A stretch of DNA of 64,000 bases, from assembly GCA_052327205.1 (NCBI GenBank), contig CM126234.1, positions 29,388,001 through 29,452,000 of the forward strand, given 5' to 3'. This DNA is from Somniosus microcephalus. Taxonomy: Eukaryota. The notes beneath the pieces are model-generated. The model worked only from the letters and a program-made list of their open reading frames with translations. It made no database searches and was not told the DNA's origin. The translations under genes and the position numbers were made by a program. Within the stretch, counting starts at the first letter, position 1, and the number at the start of each line of letters is the position of its first letter. This document shows, in pieces, positions 49,483 through 62,348 of the stretch.

Positions 49483-51258
49483 TCCTATTTAGGAGTCACT
49501 CTTGATCGCACCCTGTCATCTAGACAACATCTCCAGAACCTTGGGAAGAAACTAAACAGTAGGGTCAACCTGATCCAGAAACTTGCCAGATCCACAGGGG
49601 GAGCAGACGCGCAAACCCTCAGTATGGCAGCACTTGCCCTGGTGTACTCTACAGCAGAGTACTGCTCTCTGGCATGGCTATCAAGTCCGCGTGTCAAATC
49701 CGTTGATGTACAGCTGAATTCTACTATGAGAATTATCACCGGTACGCTTTTATCAACACCAACACCTTGGCTGCCCGTGCTTGCAAACATCGCACCACCA
49801 CACCTACACCGCGAATATGCAGTCTCCAGAGAATACAACTGCTACACCAGCAAAGGCATGCTGATCCAGGCCGACTTGAACAAGCTACCACCAACCTGTC
49901 TCAAATCTAGAAACATAGAAGATAGGAGTAGGAGTAGGCCATTCGGCCCCTCGAGCCTGCTCCGCCATTCAATGCGATCGTGGCTGATCATCCAAATTCA
50001 GTACCCGGTCCCTGCTTTCTCCCCATACCCCTTGATCCCTTTAGCCTTAAGAAATATATCCAACTCCTTCTTGAATATATTTAATGTATTGGCCTCTACT
50101 GCCTTCTGTGGTAGAGAATTCCACAGGTTCACCACTCTCTGGGTGAAGAAATTCCTCCTCATTTCTGTCCTAAATGGCCTACCCCTTATCCTTAGACTGT
50201 GACCCCTGGTTCTGGACTCCCCGACCATCGGGAACATCCTTCCTGCATCTAGTCTGTCCAGTCCTGTCAGAAATTTATAAGTTTCAATGAGATCCCCTCT
50301 CATTCTTCTAAACTCCAGCGAGTACAAGCCCAATCATCCCAATCTCTCCTCATACGTCATTTCTGCCATCCCAGGTATCAGCCTGGTGAATCTTCGCTGA
50401 ACTCCTTCCATGGCAAGAACATCCTTCCTCAGATAAGGCGACCAAAACTGCACACAATACTCAAGATGTGGTCGCACCAAGGCCCTGTACAACTGCAGCA
50501 AGACATCCTTGTTCCTGTACTCAAACCCTCTCGCTACGAAGGCCAACATACCATTTGCCTTCTTAACCGCCTGCTGCACCTGCATGCTTACCTTCAGCGA
50601 CTGGTGCACAAGGACACCCAGGTCTCGTTGCATTTCCCCTTCTCCCAATCTATTGCCATTCAGATAATAATCTGCCTTCCTGTTTTTGCCACCAAAGTGG
50701 ATAACCTCACATTTATCCACGTTATATTGCATCTGCCATGCTTCTGCCCAATCACCCAACCTGTCCAAATCATCCTGTAGTTTCTCGGCATCCTCCTCAC
50801 AGCACACATGCCCACCCAGCTTTGTGTCGTCTGCAAATTTGCCATTTTGGGCCGTCACCGAAGCCCTTCAGCGATCTCCCCTCAGCCTTAATGACCGATG
50901 GTGAAATGCTTGGAAGAACTGTGACATACAGAATGGATTCCTTATAGAGGACCCCACAATACAACCTGAAGAATCAAACCTTCTTCGCAAGCAGTGGACA
51001 ACCATCAACTGCCTCAGAACCGGTCATGGTCGATGCTGCCACCTTCTCCATAGATGGAAGATTAAAGCATCCCCATCATGTGACTGTGGAGCTTCTAATC
51101 AGACACTGGAGCACATCATTGAGCACAGCCCTCAGAGGAAATTCACAGGCAGCCTACAAGATATCCACGCTGTTACACCGGAAGCTTTGGCCTGGATATC
51201 TGACTGAGATATTGACATCTGATTTGCTTTGTTACTACCGTACAAAGGAAGAAGAAAT
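49483..51258 (+). mobile_element. 5'-truncated Vingi-clade LINE (49483-49913 and 50841-51258) split by a CR1
   Basis: YLGVTLDRTLS..KLARSTGGADAQTL..ALVYSTAEYC..VDVQLNSTMRIITG..PWLPVLANIAPP. SRK|PFW rejoins across the insert. C-terminal LRTGHGRC..PSCDCG..QTLEHII zinc knuckle and a short (gaa)n tail. Confidence 0.85.
49914..50840 (-). mobile_element. Young CR1/HER1 LINE 3' fragment
   Basis: ORFs 50334-50858 and 49998-50333 share one frame, broken by a single TGA (likely CGA>TGA): KFADDTKLGG...LVRPHLEYCVQFWSP...FFTQRVVNLWNSLP. Confidence 0.95.
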
Positions 51259-51427
51259 GACCCATACAATTACATGTTCACTGATCACATACAAGTTCAC
51301 AAAGGATTTCCTTCTATGTGCTGCAAATTACTACTTTTATAAGTCTGGGCTGCATTTACACAACAATGCTGACATTGGTGCAAAGTGGCTTTTGGTTCGC
51401 ACAAACACTAACCTTTCGAGTCAGTGC

Positions 51428-51817
51428 CATCTTATCGAAACATATAAGATTGTGAGGGGGCTTGATCGGGTGGATGCGGTGAGGATGTTTCCACTGATGG
51501 GTGAGACTCGAACTAGGGGGCATAATCTTAGAATAAGGGGCTGCCCTTTCAAAACTGAGATGAGGAGAAACTTCTTCACTCAGAGGGTAGTAAATCTATG
51601 GAATTTGCTACCTCAGAGAGCTGTGGAAGCTGCGACACTAAATAAATTTAAAACGGAGATAGACAGTTTCCTAGCTGATAAGGGAATTAGGGGTTACGGG
51701 GAGCGGGCAGGGAAGTGGACGTGAGTCTAGGTTCGGATCAGCCATGATCCTATTGCATGGCGGAGCAGGCCCGAGGGGCCGTATGGCCTACTCCTGCTCC
51801 TACTTCTTATGTTCTTA
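51428..51817 (+). mobile_element. CR1/HER1 LINE 3' fragment
   Basis: LIETYKIVRGLDRVDAVRMFPL...; tail ctactcctgctcctacttcttatgttctta. Confidence 0.93.
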
Positions 51818-53401
51818 GTGCCAGACCTGAATCTGGAGCAACGCAGTCAGAGATTCCCTGGAGGATGGAGTCCCACTCTGCTTCGCTCTGGATCAATTCT
51901 CGATTTACACTACAAAATGTGGTTTTAAATGCACATTCGATGGTGTGTGCAATCTCTCAGAATGAGTGCAGGATAGTCCCATCTTCGTGCATTTTGGAAC
52001 CGTATTTGATTCCTCTGCCACTTTACAGGGAGTTTCAATACCTGCAGTAATGATGTGAGTGTTGAGTCACATCAGTCTCTTCTAGTTGTGGCACAGACAC
52101 ATGGCCACCACTTCCCCAGAGCTTTGGATCTCGATGACAAAAGATCGAGATGCGAATGCCTCACATCTCATTGTTTCTTTGCTTCTTGTGTTTGTTATCC
52201 AGGCTCGCGATTTCCTCACATTGTTTCCTATTAGTCTTAGTAACTCCCTCCCTCAATATTGCGAATTGACGTCTCGCAGTTGACATGACTTGCAATATGC
52301 TTCCTACTCGCTGAAGCTGGCCATTTAGGATTAGGGCTTGCTGGAAGTGCTCATAGAGGCATTCTTAACTGTCTGTCATTAACAGCTCTGCAGGCTGTAT
52401 CCATTTGCCAACACGCTATTACAGCATATTAGGAGGCTACTTCCTGACCAGGTTCTCTGCTCTCTCTGTCTCGCCATTGCTTTAAGGATACATGAGGTTG
52501 CTTGTAATGTGAACAAATCCATATTATTTTAAAAATGTATCAAAGTGCAGGGCTGAACATTGTGATCCATTATCTGACATGGTATTCCATGACACACAAG
52601 TATTGATTTCAGACATTGTTCAATATATTGTGGCGTAAGTCAGCTGTGAAACACAAGTAGTCTACAACCGAAAGATAAACATTGCCTTTCCAGTCAAGTA
52701 GGCCCATCTCAACTTTCTGCCTGGGCTAGTCAGGCAGAGTAGATCCTATTGTGAGCACGAGTAGATTTGTCCTTTCCTCAGAACACTTCCAGACAGTTCT
52801 GAACAACTTCTTTAAGTTTACTTCAGCCAGGCCACCAATGGCCTGTTGAGCACACTCAATACATTTCTTGATACCTTGATGTCTAGTATGTATTTTCCCT
52901 AGAAAGCCAGGTAGGATAATCACTAGACAGATGTCTCTCAAGAGTACCTTCTATTCAAGTGTCTCTTGCACTGATGATTGACTTTTCACAGGTCAGTATA
53001 GTTTCAATCTGCAGTCCAGTTCATTCTTGTCTGGCCAACCTTCCGCACAGTATTCCATTTTCAGACTGCACATGTGCTCATGTTATACCCGTGTCGTTAT
53101 TTTGTATAACCAATTTTCATTTACTGGTAGATGCTGAACAATCAGGTTTGACAGAAGCATCTGTGTCTGTCTGGAAGCTCTGTACATCAGAGCGATCGAG
53201 ACAGTTCAGTGCAAATTCGGCGTCTTGCATAAAAGAATGAGGGAAGAGAAAGGATGAGGGAGACAGAATGACAGGGAAACAAAGAGAGAATGGGAAGAGG
53301 GTAACATAGAGAAAGTAACAAAGACACAGGGGGGAAAAGAGAGAAATGCAGAGCGAAAGAGGGAGAATAACAGAAACACTGTGGCTCAGAAAGAGAAACA
53401 C

Positions 53402-54430
53402 TGGCCCCGATTTTAACTGCCCCCACCTGGAGGAAAAGGGGCAGGAGAGGCAGTTAAAAGGGGAGTCACTTACCCCCACCGAGTCCCAATCGGAACCTGC
53501 TCTTTTGAGCGGGATGGGGCAGGAAGGAAGCGGGGTCCTACTTTAAATATGCAGATCGGGGCCATCAGGACCCAGTCGGCAATTTTAGCTGGAGGTCCGA
53601 GCGCCAGGCTCCTCCCCTCCCAATCTTTGCAGGATCTCCCCCACCCCCTCCCCAATCATGCCCGGAGCCGAATAATTAATCTTATATTTTCCTTCAAGGT
53701 TGTTTGGGTCTTGATATCAACTCCTGAAGATAAAGCTTTGGTATGAATACATTTCTGTAGATTCTATATATGATTTTAAAAAATCTAACTTTGCAAAAAA
53801 AAACTTCTTGTTAACTGATATTGATTTTATTAAGAATTCATCTTCCCACTGTTAATAATTGGTTTAAAGCTGGTGGATTGGTGTGAATTGCTCTTCGGTG
53901 AAGTAAAGTCACATCCGCTTCTCATGGTTTAATGGGACAAACTGCGAGATTGAAAGGTTACCTTCAATCACTGGGGTCACTGGAGCTGCAAAAATAATGA
54001 AAGGATAAAGCTTGCTCTTAATGTCATAAGAATGGATGTTAGGAAAAATCTGCACACAGATCAAAGCTGCTCTTAACCCTCTCAATTCCAGAAGCCTTTT
54101 TTTCCCCCCAGTGTCTTCCCCGTACTCCCCCATCTTTGCTGGAGTCTCCACACCCCCACTCCCAATGGCGGCCACAGCCTTCCCCCTCCACTAGCTGCCA
54201 GGAACCATTCCCACGTGTCCCTCGCCGCGGCCTCCTGCTGCAAATTCCCGCTCCAGTCCGCCGGGCACGTAGTCAATTTGGACGGGTGAAGGGCGGCACT
54301 CAGGAAAGGTTTATTTAAATGAGGCCCTACCATTAAGACTGGCAGTGCTTCCATGTCCCCAACTTTGCCGGGTTCATCGCCCGCCACTGAACTCCCACGC
54401 ACCCTTCCTGTGCCCGCAACCCCCACCCGC
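53402..54430. mobile_element. Probable degenerate Harbinger-like MITE with the right end missing
   Basis: Starts ggccccgattttaactgcc...ggcagttaaaa (hairpin). GC-rich arms at 53402-53690 and 54100-54430 resemble the 11322 element in style. No matching right TIR found. Confidence 0.4.
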
Positions 54431-54431
54431 C

Positions 54432-54711
54432 CCTTGAGCATCCCTGTTTTCCTTCACCCCACCATTGGTGGCCGTGCCTTCAGCCGTCTAGGCCCTAAGC
54501 TCTGGAATTCCCTCCCTAAACCTCTCTGCCTCTCTCTCCTCCTTTAAGACCTCCTTAAAACCCACCTCTTTGACCAAGCTTTTGGTCACCTGTCCTAATA
54601 TCTCCTTATGTGGCTCAGGGTCAAAATTTTGTTTGATAATCACTGCTGTGACGCGCCTTGGGACGTTTTACTACATTAAAGGTGCTATATAAATACAAGT
54701 TGATGTTGTTA
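54432..54711 (+). mobile_element. L2-type LINE 3' end
   Basis: TIGGRAFSRLGPKLWNSLP...FKTSLKTHLF-type terminus and tail aaggtgctatataaatacaagttgatgttg. Confidence 0.85.
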
Positions 54712-55262
54712 AATACAGGGACAGAGCACTTTCAGTATATAACAGACAGTAAAGCAGTGGGTGCACATTTGTTAAATGGCACAGTCTCAAAGTTTTATTT
54801 GTTTTTGTCAAAATTCAGCAAGTTTCAAATCCTGATCATCAAATATTTCAGAGCAGTTTGATTGAAATGTATAATAATTTCACCACGTATTAAACTCTTT
54901 ACATGGCTGAGCTTAATCCAGCTGGGTTTGTAAGGAGATCCTGTCGGCAAAACTGGCTGTGATTTGAATCATTTCAAGGAAATGCAGCACAATTCCAATT
55001 AAATATTACAAACAAGGAACAAAAGGAGATAAGGGCAAAACTGAGGAAATATTCGGATTATAAGAAGTGCCATTAAACTGGTCAGGAGTCCACATGTGGC
55101 TAACAGCAAGGAGAAGGGCTGTTTGATACCAGCAGACAATGAGCTGCTTTCATTTGCGGCAGAAAGGGCAATGGTTGATCTGACAGAATTATGTATTTTG
55201 GTATGGTGACATGGCTCTGAATATTAATCTAGACAGAGGTGACTGAACAGAATATAAAATAT

Positions 55263-55498
55263 TAAACATATGAAAAATGACAGACAGGAAAAGACCCACT
55301 GGTTCATTCAGCCTGTTCCACATAGTTGATGTCTTGTGCATCACGATACAGACACTCCCCAGCAACCTGGAGCCATGTAATCTCATGGGACAGGCCAACA
55401 AAAAAGCAGATAAAAACTCAAGCCAATTAGGGAAAAGACAAAACTGGAAAATTCCTCTCCGAGCCTCTTAGGCGATCGAAACTAGTCCGGGAGATCAA
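55263..55498 (-). mobile_element. Probable CR1-type 3' UTR fragment of a different subfamily
   Basis: Minus strand ends ggctgaatgaaccagtgggtcttttcctgtctgtcatttttcatatgtt, a CR1-style tail. Confidence 0.45.
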
Positions 55499-55584
55499 AG
55501 TGTCAGTTTACAGACAAGGGACAGACGAGCAGCACAAAATATTAAATCCAACCAGTTAGTCGCTGACTCAGAACATGTCTCTTT

Positions 55585-55870
55585 GCCAGTCCTCTCCTAG
55601 CAGCACTAACGCAAGCTAAGGTACAGGTCTAAGGGGGTTGACTGCCCTATAGTACCTTAGCCAAGTGGCCATTCTTCATGCAAGAGCCTAGACTCTTGAG
55701 TATCAGCAGGCTATTTAGTCAAGAAGGGCATCGCAGCTGAGCCCCCAATCAATCACCTGACATCCAGACAACGACCCTTAACAGCAGGTGATGCTGGAGA
55801 GCGTCAAGAACAGGATGCTAGATTGTTGTTTCTCTTTCCCACTCCTAGCCCAGGAATACTGAGGTCAGAG
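55585..55870 (-). mobile_element. Old unclassified SINE-like repeat
   Basis: agcaggctatt..aagaagggcatcgcag is the reverse complement of the core at 24325-24357. Confidence 0.5.
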
Positions 55871-57124
55871 GTTACCTTTCAAACAGAAGTTGTTAATGAA
55901 TTCCTAGATATTCTGGAACTTGTTTTACTGTTCATGCAGAGCTTTTAAGATATTGTATCTTGCCTGTGTCTAAATCCTTCCACTTGCTGAGGCTCACTGG
56001 TACTTGTTTAGTGAGCATTTAAACACATGCGTATTTTTGTCTTTATGGGACTGCATTCAAATCCTATCGTGACTGGGAGGTTACAGCTCACTTATCCCAT
56101 TGCAAGCATCAACTTTGAATAAATTCTACTTCCACTATATATACCTTGCTTCTTATCTCCGAGTTCTGTTTGCGGTAAGGAGTGTAACAGTTCCAGGAAC
56201 AGGAGTGGTTCCTGTGACATCATTTTAGTAGTTTACTTGGCTGTAGGCATTCCCATGTAGGCAGCAGTCAATGAAGCATCAAAGGTAGTTTTTAAAAAGA
56301 AAAATGACTATGGGTTCTGAGGGTCACTGTTAAATGAAAGTGAAGAGTGACTCATTCAGCTGGGCTTGTTGTGTTTCCTTTTTTGGGGTATATCTTCTGG
56401 GGCTCTAAATTCAGAATTTGCAAGCTGAATCTCAAGATCTAACTCCATTTGCACTAGCCAGCATGCATGTCTCACTGAAGTATCGGGGGACGTAGATACG
56501 GTCTTTCTGCTTCCCCTTCACGGTGCTCATTTTGATTGACCGTATAGTTGGGTAGAGGGGGTAAAAAGGCCACACTATGCCTTCGGGAACTGGCTCCAGA
56601 GATCCTTGCCTCACTAGACTCCACTGCACATTCACATGTTCTCTACCATGAGATCACCAGGGGTCAGAACCATCCCCCAGACCAGGGAAAGTTGGTGCGC
56701 ACTAGCTGCCAAGGATTGACTCCAATCCCTTCCTCTCCCTGCTCCCTCCCCACTTCCCCCACCCACCTCAGTATAAACAGTCAGAAATTAGATGCTCCAT
56801 CACAAGACCAGATATGTAACAATGCAAGCAAGAGAAGAAATGGCGATCTATAATTTTTTGGCCTTAGCCACTTGCTAAGTGAGGAAATAATGGTGCTCAG
56901 AAAGAGGTTCTAGCAGGGAGAGGCAACAAGACAGCAGGTCCAGGAGTGTAAGTCAGCAAATCTGCTAACAAAAAGAAACCTAAGTACTGTTCCAAGAACT
57001 ACAGTGTGGAGACACAGTCAAGGTACTCAGATCGTCTGTGTAAATTGCACTTGTGTATGGATCAATCTGGTCTATTGGTGTACAGGCTTCACGCTACAAA
57101 GGTGAACATACAGTTCTTGTTGTT

Positions 57125-57399
57125 GTAATCAGACATAATTTGACACCGAGCCACATAAGGAGATATTAGGACAGGTGACCAAAAGCTTGGTCAAAGAGGT
57201 CCGTTTTAAGGAGTGTCTTAGAGAGAGCTGCAGATGCAGAGAGGTTTAGGGAGGGAATTCCAGAGCTTAGGGCTTAGACAGGTGAAGGCACGGCCACCAA
57301 TGGTGAGGCGAAGGAAAACAGGGATGCTCAAGAGGCCCCTCTGTGAAGTGCCTTGGGACATTTGTACTCGGCGCTATATAAATGCAAGTGGTTATTGTT
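57125..57399. mobile_element. L2-type LINE 3' end with an inverted 5' segment
   Basis: 57125-57337 is the reverse complement of about 54432-54641. 57338-57399 continues the same consensus on the plus strand to the tail. Confidence 0.8.
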
Positions 57400-58329
57400 T
57401 TTAGCACAATCTCTGCTTCAAAACTGTATCAAATAAAAGTGTCAAAAAACACAGTTTTCTGAGGGACACATGTCCCCAAACTGTCCTACAAAATAATCTC
57501 AATGCTTGCATCCCTTTAGAAATGTCTAATCCTACTCCCTGTAGCCTGGTTGTGACCCCACGCCTCCTTGCTGCCACTGGCCTGGTCCTGTTCTCTTGGC
57601 ATTTTTCCAGTAACAAAATGACCAATTGCTTGGAATGATGATCATTTCCCTGGGCTCTAACTCCTCGTATCCCAGGCTGCTTCGCTCCCCATATCAGCCC
57701 AGCCTACCCTGTCACTAAAATATCAGCATATTAATCTTACTTCATAAAATATAATCAAGTCTTGAAATTGCATTGAAATGGTGATACATCGATGTTTAAA
57801 ATTATTTATTGTGTCATGTGAGTAATACAGTGACTTTCAGGTGCACTGAATGATAGTAAAATATTGGAATACCAATCAGCACCTTTTAATATTATTCACT
57901 GTCACCTTTATACTGTTAACATTAGGAGCAAATGAAGAAATATTTCATTATTTGACCTTTGTATGTAGATTTTTCCAGGTACTTATGAAATCCTCCTATA
58001 ATCAGACTGTCAGAACATTATAAGATTTACAAATATTGGCAAGCAAAGGTCAAATCCCATTAATTGGCTGTAATAAAGGTTATGGGAACAATTATATTGG
58101 GCCTGAAGTGAGTATCCCTTCTTAATTAATTCCACTGTAACCTCTGCCCCTGTATAACCTACCCCACAAACAGACCTGACAGAAAGACCATTGTTGTGCT
58201 AACACTATTGGTTTGGAGGGAGCCCTGCTCTCTGATGTAAACCGCTCACCCACCCTCCACCACCCCTCCCAGCATTGCTGGCACTCTCCTCAGTCTGTCA
58301 CAACAATGCACTCCCACAAACACATCATT

Positions 58330-58870
58330 GCTCTCTACACCACACTCACCTCCATGCCAACAGACTCTGCAGAAAGTTTAGGAGAGCTTGGAAGCAAGAC
58401 CCAGACTATGAGAAAATGGAGCAATGTTTGAGAACGAGTCTGCACAATACAAGAGGGCCAACTCAAACTCAAACACCGAACATACTACACCCCACACAAG
58501 CTCCACGGATTCCACCCCTCCCTGTTGAAGAGGATACGGTCAGACTGGTACAGTCCAACATTTCATCTGGTTCGACCTCGAAATGCAACAATTCTGGGTA
58601 ACAGTCCAGGATGCTGCAATGGCTATGGTCAGCATTCAGATCCCATCCAAACCCGTGTGTGATGCATCAGCTAGCATGATTATTACTACTAGCAGTGAGG
58701 AGATGCATTCTGCTGCTGTGGCGAAGTCCCGCCACCCTAAAATGGACCACGCGCCGATGAGACAATTGAAGCAGATGATGTACAACCTTTGCCTATTGCA
58801 CACGGTGTAGACCTTCTTGGGGGCCTATACAACAAGACACTCTTCCTCCTCCCCAATATCAACTCTACAA
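58330..58870 (+). mobile_element. Degenerate L1/Tx1-clade LINE ORF2 C-terminus
   Basis: Broken frames KFRRAWKQD, YYTPHKLH, C*RGYGQTGTVQHFIWFDLEMQQFWVTV (decayed CCHC knuckle) and LLLAVRRCILLLWRSP. Confidence 0.65.
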
Positions 58871-59089
58871 TGCTGCCTGAAGAGGGATGAATACGCTGAT
58901 AGGAGATGGACGATGTGAGAAGAAGGATGGCCTTTGCACCACCACCTGTTCCAGATGCCACAAGAATAATGATCCAACCCAATAGCACACCCAGAAAAGG
59001 GTGTGCACCCCAGCCACCCATCTCTCTCTGTACCCTTTGGCCATCCTGATCTAGAACAGTGTATAACAAAGAAAGACAGACTTGCATTT

Positions 59090-60557
59090 TCCAAAATTCC
59101 ATAGATTCTAGAACGGTTCCCGTGGATTGGAAGGTAGCAAATGTAACCCCACTATTTAAGAAAGGAGGGAGAGAGAAAACGGGGAACTACAGACCAGTTA
59201 GCCTGACTTCAGTAGTAGGAAAAATGCTAGAATCTATTATTAAGGACGTAGTAACAAGGCACTTAGAAAATAATAACAGGATTGGGCAGAGTCAACATGG
59301 ATTTATGAAAGGGAAATCGTGTTTGACAAATCTGTTTAGTTTTATGAGGTTGTAACTAGCAGAATAGATAAGGGGGAACCAGTGGATGTGGTGTATTTGG
59401 GTTTTCAGAAGGTATTCGATAAGGTGCCACACAAGAGGTTATTAAACAAAATTATGGCCCATGGGATTGGGGGTAATATACTAGCATGGATTGAGGATTG
59501 GTTAACGGACAGAAAACAGAGAGTAGGAATAAACGGGTTATTTTCGGGTTGGCAAAGATCAGTGCTTGGGCCTCAGCTATTCACAATCTATATCAAGGAT
59601 TTGGATGAGGGGACCAAATGTAATATATCCAAGTTTGCTGATGATACAAAGCTGGGTGGGAATATAAGTTGTGAGGAGGATGCAAGGAGGCTTCAAGGGG
59701 ATGTAGACAGGCTAAGTGAGTGGGCAACAACATGGCAAATGGGATATAATGTGGAGAAATGTGAAGTTATCCACTTTGGTAGTAAAAATAGAAAAGCAGA
59801 GTATTTTTTAAATGGTGAGAGATTGAGAAATGTTGGTGTTCAGAGGGACCTGGATGCCCTTGTACACGAATCACTGAAAGTTAACATGCAGGTACAGCAA
59901 GCAATTAGGAAAGCAAATGGTATGTTGGCCTTTATTACAAGGGGATTTGAGTATAAGAGTAAAGACATCTTACTGCAATTATATAGGGCCCTGGTAAGAC
60001 CACACCTGGAGTATTGTGTACAGTTTTGGTCTCCTTACCTAAGGAAGGATATACTTGCCATAGAGGGAGTGCAACGAAGGTTCACCAGACTGATTCCTGG
60101 GATGGGGGGATTGTCCTATGAGGAGAGATTGAGGAGACTAGGCCTGTATTCTCTAGAGTTTAGAAGAATGAGAGGTAATCTCATTGAAACATACAAAATT
60201 CTTACATGGCTTGACAGGGTAGATGCAGGGAGGATGTTTCCCCTGGCTGGGGAGTCTAGAACCAGGGGTCACAGTCTCAGAATAAGGGGTCGGCCATTTA
60301 GGACTGAGATGAGGAGAAATTCTTCAGAGGGTGGTGAATCTTTGGAATTCTCTACCCCAGAGGGCTGTGGAGGCTCAGTCGTTGAGTATATTCAAGACAG
60401 AGATCAATAGATTTTTGAATATTAAGGGAATCAAGGGATATGGAGATCGGGCGGGAAAGTGGAGTCGAGGTCGAAGATCAGCCATGATCTTATTGAATGG
60501 CGGAGCAGGCTCAAAGGGCCAAATGGCCGACTCCTGCTCCTATTTCTTATGTTCTTA
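59090..60557 (+). mobile_element. CR1/HER1 LINE, about 1.47 kb 3' fragment with most of the RT (frameshifted)
   Basis: DWKVANVTPLFKKGGREKTGNYRPVSLTSVVGK..QHGFMKGKSCLTNL, then the 342-aa ORF with FDKVPH, KFADDTKL and LEYCVQFWSP; small deletions; intact tail. Confidence 0.96.
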
Positions 60558-60961
60558 AATAGCGCCTTTCTCGACCTCAGGGCATCCAAAGCACTTCACA
60601 GCCAATAAAATAGTTTTGAAGGGTAGTGACTATTGTAGTGTAGTGAAACACTGCAGCCAAATTGCCCACAGCAAGCTCCCACAAACAGCAGTGAGATAAA
60701 TGGCCCGATAATTTGTTTCATTGATGTTGGTTGTGGGATAAATGGTCAGGACACCGGGGAGAACTCCCCTGCTCTTCTTCAAATAGTGCCATGGGATCTT
60801 TTATGTCAGTTTATTAACATCTTATCTGAAAGACGGCACCTCCAACAGTGCAGCACTCCCTCAAAGTGTCAGCCTAGATTATGTGCTCAAGTCTCTGGAG
60901 TGGGGCTTGAATCCACAACCTTCTGACTCAGAGGTGAAAGTACTGACACTGAGACATGGCC
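60557..60961 (-). mobile_element. Full-length Deu-SINE (SacSINE1-like); its last ~22 bp lie at 59068-59089
   Basis: tRNA head at 60900-60961 and Deu domain. The tail aaagaaagacagacttgcattt | aaatagcgcctttc is split by the CR1. Confidence 0.88.
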
Positions 60962-61971
60962 ATACCAATATACACATTTATGCTAACAGGCTCATTATTA
61001 TCAATGTATGCTACCTAATGTTGCGTAAAATCAACAGATGCACCAATATACAAACCAGTGTACATCTTAATATAAAAACACTTTGGAAAATAGCTGCAGT
61101 AAGCAATGTGTGTTATGTTAGCTTTGAGTGCATAAAGATTTCATGGTGTGACTTGCTTACATCATGTCAAGGACGATGTTCTCTTAAGGGGGAATGTTGA
61201 TGTTTTGGGGGTGAAAAGAAGTCAGAAAAACTGTGCGAGTTTCATCATGATGACACCACGTGTAAGTGATTCAAAGACGTTATTGCAATGTGGTAATTCC
61301 CGATGCAAATTATGTCATTGCGTCACATGTTTACAAATAGCAAAGAAAACCTCATATCAGGATGAATTGTCAGGAGTGGAATTGTTCCTGTAAGTGTACG
61401 CCTGATTGTACACAAATGATCTACACTTATAACCAATGTATACACTTCATCTTAAGTAACTCTTGTTCTCCCCTTTGGATGTATGCGCCTTCTGACAAGG
61501 GTCAATAGCTTGGCATCCAAGATACCTGTTGGACTACTAGGTTTAAAAATCCAACAGACTGCTGATTTTCACCGTTTTCCCTCAGATATCCGCTCCAGAT
61601 TCCAAGGTAAAACACTGTTTGCTTTTCAAGTTTGATACAGAGAGCAGAACGGCTAATTGGAATGGCTTGCTTCAGGCTAAAAGCATTTTTTCGGGCTCTC
61701 AAACCGGGTATTTTATGCTGCTTGACTTGTTACTATTAAAAGGTAAGTTTCAATCCCCACTTTATTATGTTGTCACACAAAAAATGAATTTGCAGACCAA
61801 TAGAAGTTACCCAGCTATAACAAAAACAGAATCTGACGGAAATTCACAGCACATATGGGCAGGTATTTCTTATGGGCATACCACTCACTCTATGCTGTTA
61901 TCATGGACGAGGAACAGAAGCAGCACAGAATAGAGCTCAGGAGAGTCAAGCACCATTCAAGAAAGATGCAA

Positions 61972-62348
61972 GAGGGGTGACCGAATCGAAGTCTTTAAAC
62001 TTATGAAGGGGTTTGTTAGGGTAGACGTAGAGAAGATGTTTCTGCTTGTGAGGAAATCCAAAACTAGGGGTCATAAATATAAAGTAATCACTAATAAATC
62101 CACTGGGGAATTCAGGAGAAACTTCTTTACCCAGAGAGTGGTTAGAATGTGGAACTCGCTACCACAGGGAGTGGTTGAGGCGAATAGTATAGATGCATTT
62201 AAGGGGAAGCTGGATAAACACGAGGGAGAAAGGAATAGAAGGATATGGTGATTGAGATAACGTAGAGTGGGAGGAGGCTTGTGTGGAGCATAGACCAGCT
62301 GGGCTGAATGGCCTGTTTCAATGCTGTAAATTCTATGTAATTCTATGT
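61972..62348 (+). mobile_element. CR1 LINE 3' fragment
   Basis: MKGFVRVDVEKMFLLV..FFTQRVVRMWNSLP; same subfamily as 34990-35353; (aattctatgt)n tail. Confidence 0.92.

Noticed and set aside
49351-50202. 283-aa ORF as a novel protein
   Set aside because: It runs through the hAT MITE end, the Vingi RT fragment and antisense CR1; a nesting artefact.
51026-51724. 232-aa ORF
   Set aside because: Off-frame Vingi plus spacer read into a CR1 3' fragment.
53117-53400. Minus-strand exon candidate after a long pyrimidine tract (DAEFALNCLDRSDVQ...)
   Set aside because: Weak acceptor and donor, no recognisable protein, and the tract is low-complexity.
55445-55498. Hammerhead-like GAAACTAGTC motif
   Set aside because: No CTGANGA box upstream and poor stem I pairing.
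59382-60410. 342-aa RT ORF as an active or domesticated gene
   Set aside because: 5'-truncated with no endonuclease, frameshifted at both ends and missing the conserved SGVPQG motif; an ordinary dead CR1.
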